From: a virus
Direction: 5' to 3' (one strand)
IMG/VR virus record: IMGVR_UViG_3300000239_000002
Span: 2,761 to 66,760 of that record
DNA: 64,000 bases
Part shown: one piece after another, positions 38,503 through 46,788 of the stretch
How the letters are laid out: every line of letters starts with the position of its first letter
Numbering within the stretch: the first letter of the stretch is position 1
Notes under the pieces: generated by a model
Seen by the model: only the letters and a program-made list of their open reading frames with translations
The model's database searches: none
Told to the model about the DNA's origin: nothing
Program-made: the position numbers and the translations under genes

Positions 38503-38692
38503 ACAAGACAAAAATCTTATAGTTTGTGGTGAGTGTGCTGAAACGCATACTGCTATAGACTTGAATAATTACAACGAGAGTCCATTTAGTGAATGCTCTA
38601 TATGTGGCTATGTGGATGAACAAGCACGTGAAGAATATATGTGGTGGTCTTATAAACTTGACACCGAAATGAGAGATTGGGAAGACGTATAG
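38483..38692 (+). CDS. zinc-finger protein
   Basis: CGEC...CSIC. Confidence 0.6.
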   Translation: MMVYQHKQDKNLIVCGECAETHTAIDLNNYNESPFSECSICGYVDEQAREEYMWWSYKLDTEMRDWEDV

Positions 38693-38694
38693 TA

Positions 38695-39834
38695 ATGGTT
38701 AAGATGAAAAATATTGTAAGTTTAAAGCCGCTATATAAGCGAGATAGCAAAGGCAAAATCCGCATTTGGACTGTAGAAGTTGGCTATAACAATGAAGGCG
38801 TAGCTGGCATTCGTAGTATAAGTGGATTGGTTGATGGTGAAAAAGTCACCAGCGTTTGGAATATGAGCCGGGCCAAAAACGTAGGCAGGGCGAACGCAAC
38901 AACTGCTAAAGGCCAGGCTGAGTTTGAAGCACAGGCACAATGGACAAAGAAAGCAGACAAAGAGTACTTTGCGAAGAAAAAGGACGTTGATAGTTACGAG
39001 TTGTTCAAGCCTATGTTGGCGCACGACTTTACAAAGACGCCAGTTGTAAGTGGCTATACTCAGCCCAAACTAGATGGTATTCGTTGTGTTGTTGATAAGA
39101 ACGGTATGCATACTCGCGGCGGAAAGCCTATTAATAGTTGTCCGCATATCTGGGAGAGTGTAAAGCATATAATCAAAGACAATCCAAATATTGTATTGGA
39201 CGGCGAACTTTACAACCATAAATTGAAAGCAGACTTCCAAAAGATTATTAGTCTGGTTAGAAAAGTAAAATGCCGCCCAGAGGAGATTGCTGAAAGTGCT
39301 GAATTAGTTGAGTATCATATCTACGATATGTTTGATCGTGACAGTGAAGATATGCTTTTCACCGACCGAGCACAATGGCTTAAAGACCATATCGGAAATG
39401 TATCACGATACACTTCTGTTGTTTTGGTAAAGACTACCAAATGTAAAGACATTGCCAAGATTGATGAAATGTATGGCAAGTATACAGAGGCAGGGTTTGA
39501 AGGTCAAATGGTTAGGCAGAATAACAAATATGAATGTAAACGTAGTAAAGGTTTGCTTAAAAGAAAAGAATTCATTACCGAAGAGTTTGATGTGGTTGGC
39601 GTAGAGGAAGGACAAGGTGCATGGACAGGCTATGCTAAAAAGTTCACTCTCAAATTGCCAGATGGTAGAACGTTTAGTAGTGGAGTTCGAGGTTCCCAGG
39701 CACAATTGAAAGCATTGCTCAAAGCAAAGCAAAAGCCAAATTGGGCAACTTGCAGATTTTTTGAATTAAGCAACGACGGCGTACCACGTTTTCCCGTAGT
39801 TATTGATTATGGGGTTGGGGTACGTGACGATTAA
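38695..39834 (+). CDS. ATP-dependent DNA ligase
   Basis: PMLA, QPKLDGIR (motif I), LDGELY, EGQM, LLKRK, GVPRFP. Confidence 0.95.
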   Translation: MVKMKNIVSLKPLYKRDSKGKIRIWTVEVGYNNEGVAGIRSISGLVDGEKVTSVWNMSRAKNVGRANATTAKGQAEFEAQAQWTKKADKEYFAKKKDVDSYELFKPMLAHDFTKTPVVSGYTQPKLDGIRCVVDKNGMHTRGGKPINSCPHIWESVKHIIKDNPNIVLDGELYNHKLKADFQKIISLVRKVKCRPEEIAESAELVEYHIYDMFDRDSEDMLFTDRAQWLKDHIGNVSRYTSVVLVKTTKCKDIAKIDEMYGKYTEAGFEGQMVRQNNKYECKRSKGLLKRKEFITEEFDVVGVEEGQGAWTGYAKKFTLKLPDGRTFSSGVRGSQAQLKALLKAKQKPNWATCRFFELSNDGVPRFPVVIDYGVGVRDD

Positions 39835-39841
39835 TAAGAAT

Positions 39842-39925
39842 GCCCCCGTGGCGGAACGGCAGACGCTGTTGACTTAAAATCAATTTCCGATAGGAGTGCT
39901 GGTTCGAATCCAGCCGGGGGCACCA
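39842..39925 (+). tRNA. tRNA-Leu(UAA)
   Basis: Cloverleaf; anticodon loop CTTAAAA; long variable arm; CCA end. Confidence 0.92.
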
Positions 39926-39932
39926 AATTAAT

Positions 39933-40277
39933 ATGAAAAGAATACTAACATTATATTTCACGTATAAAGGACTCAGTGGTTTTGAGATTGACCAATACGT
40001 GCCATTTACTACTGCGGTGGTAAATGATGATTCAGAATACGAATTCACACAACAATGGCTTGCTAATATTTTGGATGCTCGCCTTAAATGTGACCAGGAT
40101 ATATCAAGTTTTGTTATAACTGAAACAGAAGAAACTGACGAAGAAGCCGCGAAGCAAACAGAAAACCTTGGTGTTTTTGTTGAGCACCAAAAGAAAGTAA
40201 TCCCTAAACCCGAAGGTAACATTGTTACCGTAGATTTTGGAAAGAGAAATGGACCCGACGACACAAAAGATAATTGA
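39933..40277 (+). CDS. hypothetical protein
   Basis: ORF; C-terminal NIVTVDF. Confidence 0.6.
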   Translation: MKRILTLYFTYKGLSGFEIDQYVPFTTAVVNDDSEYEFTQQWLANILDARLKCDQDISSFVITETEETDEEAAKQTENLGVFVEHQKKVIPKPEGNIVTVDFGKRNGPDDTKDN

Positions 40278-40482
40278 TCATTACAGAGCCATTAGCAAAG
40301 AGATGATGGATCGTGTTGCGGCAAGTCAGGTTAAAGTAGTTCCGCCTGAATTATTTGCAACATATGAATCAGGATCAGTGCAGGGACTTATGTATAAAGT
40401 ATATAAGGATTGGAAGGATAATTTAACTTGTAATTGTCCGGGTTTTGTTTACAGGAGAAAGTGCAAGCATATAAGCAGTTGA
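40249..40482 (+). CDS. SWIM zinc-finger protein
   Basis: TCNCPGF..RRKCKH. Confidence 0.75.
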   Translation: MDPTTQKIIDHYRAISKEMMDRVAASQVKVVPPELFATYESGSVQGLMYKVYKDWKDNLTCNCPGFVYRRKCKHISS

Positions 40483-40490
40483 TTATATAC

Positions 40491-40519
40491 TTGACAAAAT
40501 TAGTAAAATGCAGTATCAT
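40491..40519 (+). promoter_or_regulatory. sigma70 promoter
   Basis: TTGACA-17-TATCAT; ATG 6 nt later. Confidence 0.7.
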
Positions 40520-40525
40520 AATAGT

Positions 40526-40681
40526 ATGAAGAACCCTCGCCGCAAGACGAGATTCGCTCGTGTTCTGTTTGAACGCGATAACCCTTACTCTCAGAAAGTT
40601 GAACGTAAGAAAACCGCTTATACTCGTCGTGCCAAGCACAATCACGAATATAAGCAAGAACTAGGAGACTATAATGTCTGA
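40526..40681 (+). CDS. ArfA-like alternative ribosome-rescue peptide (not in ORF track)
   Basis: MKNPRRKTRFARVLFERDNPYSQKVERKKTAYTRRAKHNHEYKQELGDYNV; resembles ArfA core [24 protein letters not shown]. Confidence 0.6.
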   Translation: MKNPRRKTRFARVLFERDNPYSQKVERKKTAYTRRAKHNHEYKQELGDYNV

Positions 40682-41060
40682 TCAAGGATTACTCAGTAGC
40701 GTTGGAACAGTTAATGCGATGAAAAAAGCGGAGGCCTTACGTAAACAATATCATTCAGTCTTGCCAAGCATCAAGGAAGTTGGTGAAGTAGTGCGATGGG
40801 TTGGTGATTTGTCAGCCAAAGACAAAGAGCCCTTGCATAGTGGTTCATTTCGTTGGATGTTTACTGATATTGCCACGTGGCAGAGAAAAGTAACCCCCAG
40901 TGAAAGTTATATTATGGTTGAGAGTGCTCTGGAAGAGACTCGCTTTCCAACTTGGGGTGAAGCACGTGATTATTTGACTGCTGAAGATAACTTTCACGCC
41001 AAACGTTATTATAACGCAGAGGTTGAAGTGTCGTTGATGGACGAAGACGAGGATGAATGA
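40674..41060 (+). CDS. hypothetical protein
   Basis: SD AGGAG; coupled ORF. Confidence 0.65.
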   Translation: MSDQGLLSSVGTVNAMKKAEALRKQYHSVLPSIKEVGEVVRWVGDLSAKDKEPLHSGSFRWMFTDIATWQRKVTPSESYIMVESALEETRFPTWGEARDYLTAEDNFHAKRYYNAEVEVSLMDEDEDE

Positions 41061-41214
41061 CTTATTTGATAAGTACGATGTAGTGGCTGATATGGTTGTT
41101 GTGTTTGGTGCTGACAAAGTGCTAGAAGCAATGGCCCATTATTTCAGTGAAAAAGAAATCGACGAGTTGCATAGTTTTATATGCGATGAGTTCAATAAGA
41201 ACCTTATGGGGTAA
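41053..41214 (+). CDS. 53-aa hypothetical protein (not in ORF track)
   Basis: MNDLFDKYDVVADMVVVFGADKVLEAM...; fills the gap. Confidence 0.6.
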   Translation: MNDLFDKYDVVADMVVVFGADKVLEAMAHYFSEKEIDELHSFICDEFNKNLMG

Positions 41215-41217
41215 GTT

Positions 41218-41727
41218 ATGATTATAACCACAAATGGTTATAACACACAAAGTAAAAGGTTTAGAACTTTGTTAGAGGATTCCGCAGAGTTTTATGCCCA
41301 GAAGATGATGAGGTCTGACTTATGTAGAAACATACATTTGGATATCGTCGTAACGAAGGATTTAGCGAAAAAAGAAGGAGTAACGCAGATATATGGTTAT
41401 TGCCATATATCAGATTATAGATTATCTCGTCCACGTGAATTTGAAATTGAGCTAGATGCTAAAAAGCGTGTAACGAAAATGTTGCTAACATTAGCACATG
41501 AAATGACACATTTGAAGCAGTTTGCAAGGCTACAATTGCGAAATTATGATAATGGTAGCACAAAGTGGAAAGGTGAAACAGTTGGTCGTAAGAGGGAAAA
41601 GAAAATAGGTCATCGCCAACTTCCATGGGAAGTTGAGGCCTATAAGAAAGAGAAGGAATTATTTCTAGATTTGGTAAATAATACTGACATACTAGACGAT
41701 TATATGGATGGAATTAAGAGAAATTGA
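41218..41727 (+). CDS. zinc metallopeptidase-like phage protein
   Basis: LAHEMTHLKQ (HExxH), PWEVEAY. Confidence 0.8.
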   Translation: MIITTNGYNTQSKRFRTLLEDSAEFYAQKMMRSDLCRNIHLDIVVTKDLAKKEGVTQIYGYCHISDYRLSRPREFEIELDAKKRVTKMLLTLAHEMTHLKQFARLQLRNYDNGSTKWKGETVGRKREKKIGHRQLPWEVEAYKKEKELFLDLVNNTDILDDYMDGIKRN

Positions 41728-41959
41728 TTTAGAATATCTCTTTATGTTAAATCGACAACAACAGGCAGAACAACTTTTTAATAAGTGGTGGTTATGCAAA
41801 ATAAACGACAAATACTTTGCTGGGCAGTTTGACTATCCTAGTGGTCCATGGGGCGGTGGCGGTGGTGTAATCCACTTTAATCCAGTGCCATGGAATCCAA
41901 GTGGTCATACTTTTACGGTAATGACAGGTTGGCAAGGTCTTTGGGAAATACTCAACTAA
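41708..41959 (+). CDS. hypothetical protein
   Basis: Coupled ORF. Confidence 0.5.
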   Translation: MELREIDLEYLFMLNRQQQAEQLFNKWWLCKINDKYFAGQFDYPSGPWGGGGGVIHFNPVPWNPSGHTFTVMTGWQGLWEILN

Positions 41960-41978
41960 TAACAAGAGACTAAAAAAA

Positions 41979-42929
41979 ATGAAACTTATTTCAGGTAACT
42001 CGAACCTGGAGTTGGCAAAACGAATATCCCAGTTTGCCGGTGTACCGCTAGTTAAGGCAAACATAGGGAGGTTTGCCGACGGCGAGGTTAGAGCAGAAAT
42101 TCACGAAAACATCAGAGGTAAAGACGCATTCGTAATACAAAGTACTAGCACCCCAGTTAATGATAATGTAATGGAATTATTAGTTATGATTGACGCGCTC
42201 AAAAGAGCAAGTGCAAGGCGCATAACAGCAGTAATGCCATATTTTGGTTACGCGAGGCAAGACAGAAAAACAATGAGTAGAGCACCAATTAGTGCAAAAC
42301 TCATGGCAGATTTAATAACAACGGCAGGCGCAGATCGTGTATTAACACTCGATCTACACGCAGGTCAAATCCAAGGATTTTTTAATATCCCAGTAGACAC
42401 TTTGATAGCACGACCTATCCTAGTCAATGATTTGCGGAAAAGAATAGATACAGAGAATCTTGTATTTGTCAGTCCAGACGCTGGCGGTACAGAACGAGCA
42501 AGAAGTTATGCTAAGAAGTTTGATACAGAGATTGCTGTAATCGATAAAAGACGCCCAGAACCGGGCGCAAGTGAGGTTATGAATGTTGTTGGTGACGTTA
42601 AGGATAAACAATGTATTATTGTTGACGACATCATAGACAGTGGAGGCACTCTAGCCAACGCGGCCACGGCTTTGTTGGAACAAGGTGCTATTAAAGTAAG
42701 AGCATATATTACGCACGGAGTACTGACGCCTAAGGCAGATGAAAAAATTGGTAATAGCGATTTAACTGAATTGATAGTAACAGATTCCATTAAAATTAGT
42801 AGGGAATCTAGTATAGCCCAACTCAGGTATGTAACAATTGCTCCACTAATTGGACGAGCGATAGTAAATGTTCATAATGAAGAAAGTGTAAGTAATCTAC
42901 TTATAGAGGATAATTGGGATATATTATGA
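41979..42929 (+). CDS. prs: ribose-phosphate pyrophosphokinase
   Basis: FADGE, PYFGYARQDRK, DLHAGQIQGFF, VSPDAGG, VDDIIDSGGT. Confidence 0.97.
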   Translation: MKLISGNSNLELAKRISQFAGVPLVKANIGRFADGEVRAEIHENIRGKDAFVIQSTSTPVNDNVMELLVMIDALKRASARRITAVMPYFGYARQDRKTMSRAPISAKLMADLITTAGADRVLTLDLHAGQIQGFFNIPVDTLIARPILVNDLRKRIDTENLVFVSPDAGGTERARSYAKKFDTEIAVIDKRRPEPGASEVMNVVGDVKDKQCIIVDDIIDSGGTLANAATALLEQGAIKVRAYITHGVLTPKADEKIGNSDLTELIVTDSIKISRESSIAQLRYVTIAPLIGRAIVNVHNEESVSNLLIEDNWDIL

Positions 42930-43393
42930 AGAAGTATCAAAAATTCCTAGCGATAGGTTTGGCGTCAATATCATTGATAGGCTGTGCCAATATGACTCGC
43001 GAAGAGTCAGGAAATATGATAGGTGCATTGCTGGGCGGCGCATTAGCATATGAACTTGCCGGAGACAGTTCAAATAAAGAAATTTGGGTTGCGACTGGTT
43101 TAATTGGTGGTGCTCTTGCAGGAGGCCATTATGCTGTATTGACGCAGAAAGGCCAACTTATGCATCAATCTGCGATTCATTCCAACTTGGAAACTGCTCA
43201 AGATAATTCAACAACGTCTTGGAACAATCCTAACAACAATGAGCATGGCTCAGTTACCGTTAGAAATACTAACGTGAGCAATGGAACTCCTTGTAGGGAA
43301 TTTACCCAAACAATTTATGTTGGTGGTAAAGCAGTCGAAGGATATGGCACCGCTTGTAGAATGGCAGATGGGAGTTGGAAAATCATACAATAA
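42926..43393 (+). CDS. 17-kDa surface antigen (RT0821/Lpp0805-like) lipoprotein
   Basis: Lipobox LIGC; glycine zipper; PCREF...YGTACRMADGSW. Confidence 0.85.
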   Translation: MKKYQKFLAIGLASISLIGCANMTREESGNMIGALLGGALAYELAGDSSNKEIWVATGLIGGALAGGHYAVLTQKGQLMHQSAIHSNLETAQDNSTTSWNNPNNNEHGSVTVRNTNVSNGTPCREFTQTIYVGGKAVEGYGTACRMADGSWKIIQ

Positions 43394-43401
43394 TTAACAA
43401 C

Positions 43402-43476
43402 GCACCGGTCGTCTAATGGTTAGGACATCGGCCTTTCACGCCGACAACCGGGGTTCGATCCCCCGTCGGTGTACCA
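43402..43476 (+). tRNA. tRNA-Glu(UUC)
   Basis: Anticodon arm TCGGC-CTTTCAC-GCCGA; CCA. Confidence 0.93.
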
Positions 43477-43492
43477 AAGAGGAAATAAAATA

Positions 43493-43762
43493 ATGGCAGA
43501 TATATATCAAAAAGTAGAAAGAAGCACACAAAGTCTTGCAATGAAAATTGCTAATGCTGGTAAAGCAAGATTAAAGGGCATGGCTCGTCAATTGTATCTT
43601 GAAGGGTTCGCCAGTTTAAAAAACTGCGAAAAAGTTGCTCAGAATGGTAATCAAGGCAGAGGATTTTATATTGCTAAAGTAGTAAACAAGGAATTTGCTG
43701 AGAAAGAAAAAGAGAACGAAAAGAAGAAGCGAAATAAGGGCAAGAAAACACAGAGCAAATAA
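43493..43762 (+). CDS. basic hypothetical protein
   Basis: SD GAGG; lies between tRNAs. Confidence 0.6.
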   Translation: MADIYQKVERSTQSLAMKIANAGKARLKGMARQLYLEGFASLKNCEKVAQNGNQGRGFYIAKVVNKEFAEKEKENEKKKRNKGKKTQSK

Positions 43763-43765
43763 TCT

Positions 43766-43843
43766 CTCGGTGTAGGAAAGTCTGGTTAATCCGCTTCGTT
43801 TGGGACGAAGAAATCGCTGGTTCAACTCCAGCCACCGAGACCA
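43766..43843 (+). tRNA. tRNA-Pro(UGG)
   Basis: CTTCG-TTTGGGA-CGAAG; CCA. Confidence 0.92.
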
Positions 43844-43848
43844 TATTG

Positions 43849-43932
43849 GGACAGGCTGAACAATGGTGAGTTCACCGGATTGTAAATCCGACGCCTCAGG
43901 CTGTGCTGGTTCGAGCCCAGCCCTGTCCACCA
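43849..43932 (+). tRNA. tRNA-Tyr(GUA)
   Basis: CGGA-TTGTAAA-TCCG; long variable arm; CCA. Confidence 0.88.
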
Positions 43933-43935
43933 AAT

Positions 43936-44009
43936 TGGGACATAGTGTAACGGTAGCACTACAGATTTTGATTCTGTCAGTTGGGGTTCGAATCCCTGTG
44001 TCCCAGCCA
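43936..44009 (+). tRNA. tRNA-Gln(UUG)
   Basis: ACAGA-TTTTGAT-TCTGT; CCA. Confidence 0.92.
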
Positions 44010-44010
44010 T

Positions 44011-44086
44011 GGGCCTGTAACTCAGCGGTGAGAGTGCCGGTCTTATATGCCGGTGGTCGATGGTTCGAATCCATCCAGGCCCACCA
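44011..44086 (+). tRNA. tRNA-Ile(UAU)
   Basis: CCGGT-CTTATAT-GCCGG; acceptor GGGCCTG/CAGGCCC, A73, CCA. Confidence 0.88.
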
Positions 44087-44091
44087 AAATA

Positions 44092-44128
44092 GGTTAGTTC
44101 TGATAAATAGTCCGAGGGAGGACTAACT
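44092..44128 (+). promoter_or_regulatory. RBS-sequestering hairpin with late promoter in loop
   Basis: GGTTAGTTCT pairs with AGGACTAACT; TAAATA at 44104-44109. Confidence 0.65.
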
Positions 44129-44129
44129 A

Positions 44130-44609
44130 ATGATAGGAACATGTAAAGTTTGTAGTAAAGAGTTTAAATATTTCCCTAGTCAATCTAAAGGACAATATTG
44201 CTCAAATAAGTGCCAAGGTGCGTTAAGGGCAGAAGTTACTAAAGCGAAGTGGCGTGTCCATTACGAAGAAGGTGCTGATATAGGGAGACCGAGACAGCGT
44301 CAGATGTTAACAGAAGATCATGGGTATAATTGTAGTGTATGTAAGTTAAGTGAATGGCAAGATAAGCCTATTACATTACAAGTAGATCATATAGATGGTA
44401 ATGCTGATAACAACGATAAGAAAAATTTACGACTTATATGTCCAAATTGCCATAGCCAAACAGATACATTTGCTGGAGGTAATAGAGGACAAGGTCGTTG
44501 GAGTAAGGGTTTGAAAGACAGATACAAAGGACAATCTTTTACGCATGGTAAGATCCGGGTCCGGCCGGGATCCTTCGGGAACAAGAATGGCTCCCTCTCC
44601 ACCAAATAA
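44130..44609 (+). mobile_element. HNH endonuclease with N-terminal zinc finger, inside tRNA array
   Basis: CKVC...YCSNKC; CSVC; VDHIDGN..NN...NLRLICPNCH. Confidence 0.85.
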
Positions 44610-44619
44610 ATAATATTAC

Positions 44620-44693
44620 GCCTCTATAGTTAAACGGTATAACAATACCCTTGTAAGGTTTAGTTGTTGGTTCGATTCCATCTAGAGGCTCCA
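44620..44693 (+). tRNA. tRNA-Thr(UGU)
   Basis: Anticodon loop CTTGTAA; acceptor GCCTCTA/TAGAGGC; CCA. Confidence 0.88.
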
Positions 44694-44702
44694 ATTTTTT
44701 AT

Positions 44703-44776
44703 GGGGGATTGGTGAAATGGGATCACGTGGCCTTTGCAAGGCTAAATTAAGAGTTCGACTCTCTTATTCTCCACCA
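44703..44776 (+). tRNA. tRNA-Ala(UGC)
   Basis: TGGCC-TTTGCAA-GGCTA; G3:U70; CCA. Confidence 0.9.
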
Positions 44777-44779
44777 GAT

Positions 44780-44854
44780 GGGCCCTTAATTCAGCGGTAG
44801 AATGCTGTCTTTACATGGCAGAAGTCGGAAGTTCGAATCTTCCAGGGCCCACCA
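44780..44854 (+). tRNA. tRNA-Val(UAC)
   Basis: CTGTC-TTTACAT-GGCAG; CCA. Confidence 0.92.
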
Positions 44855-44859
44855 AATTC

Positions 44860-44935
44860 GGTCCCATGGTGTAATTGGTTAACACGCTAGCCTGTCACGC
44901 TGGTATTAGGGGTTCGAGTCCCCTTGGGACCGCCA
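44860..44935 (+). tRNA. tRNA-Asp(GUC)
   Basis: CTAGC-CTGTCAC-GCTGG; CCA. Confidence 0.93.
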
Positions 44936-44939
44936 ATTT

Positions 44940-45014
44940 TCCCTAGAGCGCGCAAGGTGTGCGAGGTGACTGTTAATCACTTGTGGGTTGGTTCGATTCC
45001 AACCTAGGGAGCCA
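44940..45014 (+). tRNA. tRNA-Asn(GUU)
   Basis: GGTGA-CTGTTAA-TCACT; acceptor TCCCTAG/CTAGGGA; CCA. Confidence 0.88.
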
Positions 45015-45017
45015 AAT

Positions 45018-45092
45018 GCGGGTGTAGCTCAGCGGTAGAGCCTCTCGTTGCCAACGAGAATGTCGTCAGTTCGAATCCCACCCTCTCCGCCA
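45018..45092 (+). pseudogene. chimeric tRNA: Gly(GCC) 5' part fused at the T-loop to a Ser-type 3' end
   Basis: D and anticodon arms intact (TCTCG-TTGCCAA-CGAGA), but T stem GTCAG/CCCAC and acceptor GCGGGTG/CCTCTCC do not pair. Confidence 0.75.
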
Positions 45093-45103
45093 TAAATATT
45101 GAT

Positions 45104-46096
45104 ATGAGTTATTCTACAATTATAAAATATATTCCTGAAGAATATACACAATATCTTATTCAATATCACAAAGAAAATAAACATAATTATGATATCTTTG
45201 ATTGGGAAGAAGATGACCTTTTTTTACAGATGTGGGGATTAACTGAAAAAAGTAAAATATCTGGCCGTAGTAAAATATCTGGCCGTTACGGTGCTACAAA
45301 TTGGCAATCCAATCATGCTATGGATGATCCACTAGCACGCTCATCAGCCGGTGTCTTATCAATTGGAAGCATCATTTGGACGTTCGTGCGGCGGATTACG
45401 TCACCAATTCCTACAAGAAAAGGTGAGGTATATGACAAATGCGAGATTGAAATGAATCTAATAGTAAAGAAAATTTTAGATTTATTTAACGTAGAATATA
45501 CTGAATTTGAAGCATTTATTAAAACTTCTTATTTACCAATTTCTTTACACGTTGATGCGAATCGTTATGAAGGGCCCACTACTTCACATAATAATTGGGA
45601 TGGTAAAGTACCTTCTCAGCGTCAGGATGGAAGTGATTCAAAACAAGGAATATCTATTATAATACCACTAACATTTAATAAAGATATCCATACTATAATA
45701 TTTAAAAATATCGCAGAAGATAATGATTATGTTCAAGATTTTCAAGATGTAGTTTCTGGTCTTTATGAAGAACCCAATCCCAAAGAGCACCAAGCGTTGA
45801 CGCGAGCCATTGGCGGGCCTGATAGAGCCAATCTTCCAATATATGAACATAATTTAGATTATAGAGATTATATTCCCAATATTTGGAATAAACAAATGAT
45901 TGAATTTTATCTAGATCCAGAAAATAAACCATATGCTAGGGGTGATCAGATATTAGATTATCTTGAAGTAGATGAGATAATCCCGTGGGAGAAAAATGTT
46001 GCTTGTATGTTTGATAAACAAAAAATGCATATGAGTAATAATTTTAAAAAACTTGGTATAGAAAGTAAAGATTTTCTTTTAATACATACACACTAA
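45104..46096 (+). CDS. putative Fe/2OG-fold protein
   Basis: LHVD, IIIPL, FDKQKMHMS; 18-bp in-frame tandem duplication (SKISGR x2). Confidence 0.5.
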   Translation: MSYSTIIKYIPEEYTQYLIQYHKENKHNYDIFDWEEDDLFLQMWGLTEKSKISGRSKISGRYGATNWQSNHAMDDPLARSSAGVLSIGSIIWTFVRRITSPIPTRKGEVYDKCEIEMNLIVKKILDLFNVEYTEFEAFIKTSYLPISLHVDANRYEGPTTSHNNWDGKVPSQRQDGSDSKQGISIIIPLTFNKDIHTIIFKNIAEDNDYVQDFQDVVSGLYEEPNPKEHQALTRAIGGPDRANLPIYEHNLDYRDYIPNIWNKQMIEFYLDPENKPYARGDQILDYLEVDEIIPWEKNVACMFDKQKMHMSNNFKKLGIESKDFLLIHTH

Positions 46097-46788
46097 TGGA
46101 TTCAAAAATACAAGAGTTTTACTTACAGCACAAAGATAAAGTATGGAATTATGAACGAATTCCAGACAATAAAACTCCTAGGCATTGGGCAACTTGGGAA
46201 AGCAAATATCCGTGGTTAAAACTTATGATAGATGCTCCGTTTAAGGAAATGCTTGAAGAAGCCAAAAATATAAAGCATTTATTTGTTGAGCATAGAACAG
46301 ATTATTCACAAGGATGGAAAAGTGTATGCATTCATGGCATTGGTGATCATGTTACATCTATACCTGAAGATCATGGATTTAGCAAAGATGCAAAAAGAGA
46401 TTGGACCAATGCCTCTGTAGAATGCCCAATTACAACGAATTATTTTAAAAATGAATATCCAATTAATGTTTATGATAGAATTAGATTTATGTTAATTGAA
46501 CCAGGTGGGTATATTGATGTTCATGTTGATGGAAGTAGAGATGATAATCCTAGTCGTGCTGTTAATATGAGTCTTAATAATCCTGATAAGTGTTTTTTAA
46601 TAACTGAAAATGGAATAGTTCCTTACGATAATAATGGTAGCGTTTTTTATTTTAATATTGCTTATGAGCATGGGGTAATAAATAATAGCAATAAAGATAG
46701 ATATCATATTATTGTACATGGTGCTGAAACAGTAGAGTTTGAAGATATTGTATTAAAAAGTTATGAAGATCAAGTTATTAATCGATAA
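46096..46788 (+). CDS. aspartyl/asparaginyl beta-hydroxylase-like oxygenase
   Basis: IRFMLIEPGGYIDVHVD, EHGVINNS..DRYHIIVHG. Confidence 0.8.
   Translation: MDSKIQEFYLQHKDKVWNYERIPDNKTPRHWATWESKYPWLKLMIDAPFKEMLEEAKNIKHLFVEHRTDYSQGWKSVCIHGIGDHVTSIPEDHGFSKDAKRDWTNASVECPITTNYFKNEYPINVYDRIRFMLIEPGGYIDVHVDGSRDDNPSRAVNMSLNNPDKCFLITENGIVPYDNNGSVFYFNIAYEHGVINNSNKDRYHIIVHGAETVEFEDIVLKSYEDQVINR

Noticed and set aside
44114-44604. tmRNA
   Set aside because: Ends in CTCCACCA but lacks a T-loop, a GGGG 5' end and a tag reading frame; kept only as a tRNA-like closure.
43616-44739. ORFs 43616-44074(-), 43822-44142(-), 43863-44126(+), 44539-44739(-), and likewise 39800-40264(-) and 48567-48767(-)
   Set aside because: They overlap tRNA genes and are shadow frames.
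45251-45286. 18-bp tandem duplication
   Set aside because: Single in-frame slippage event with no further structure.
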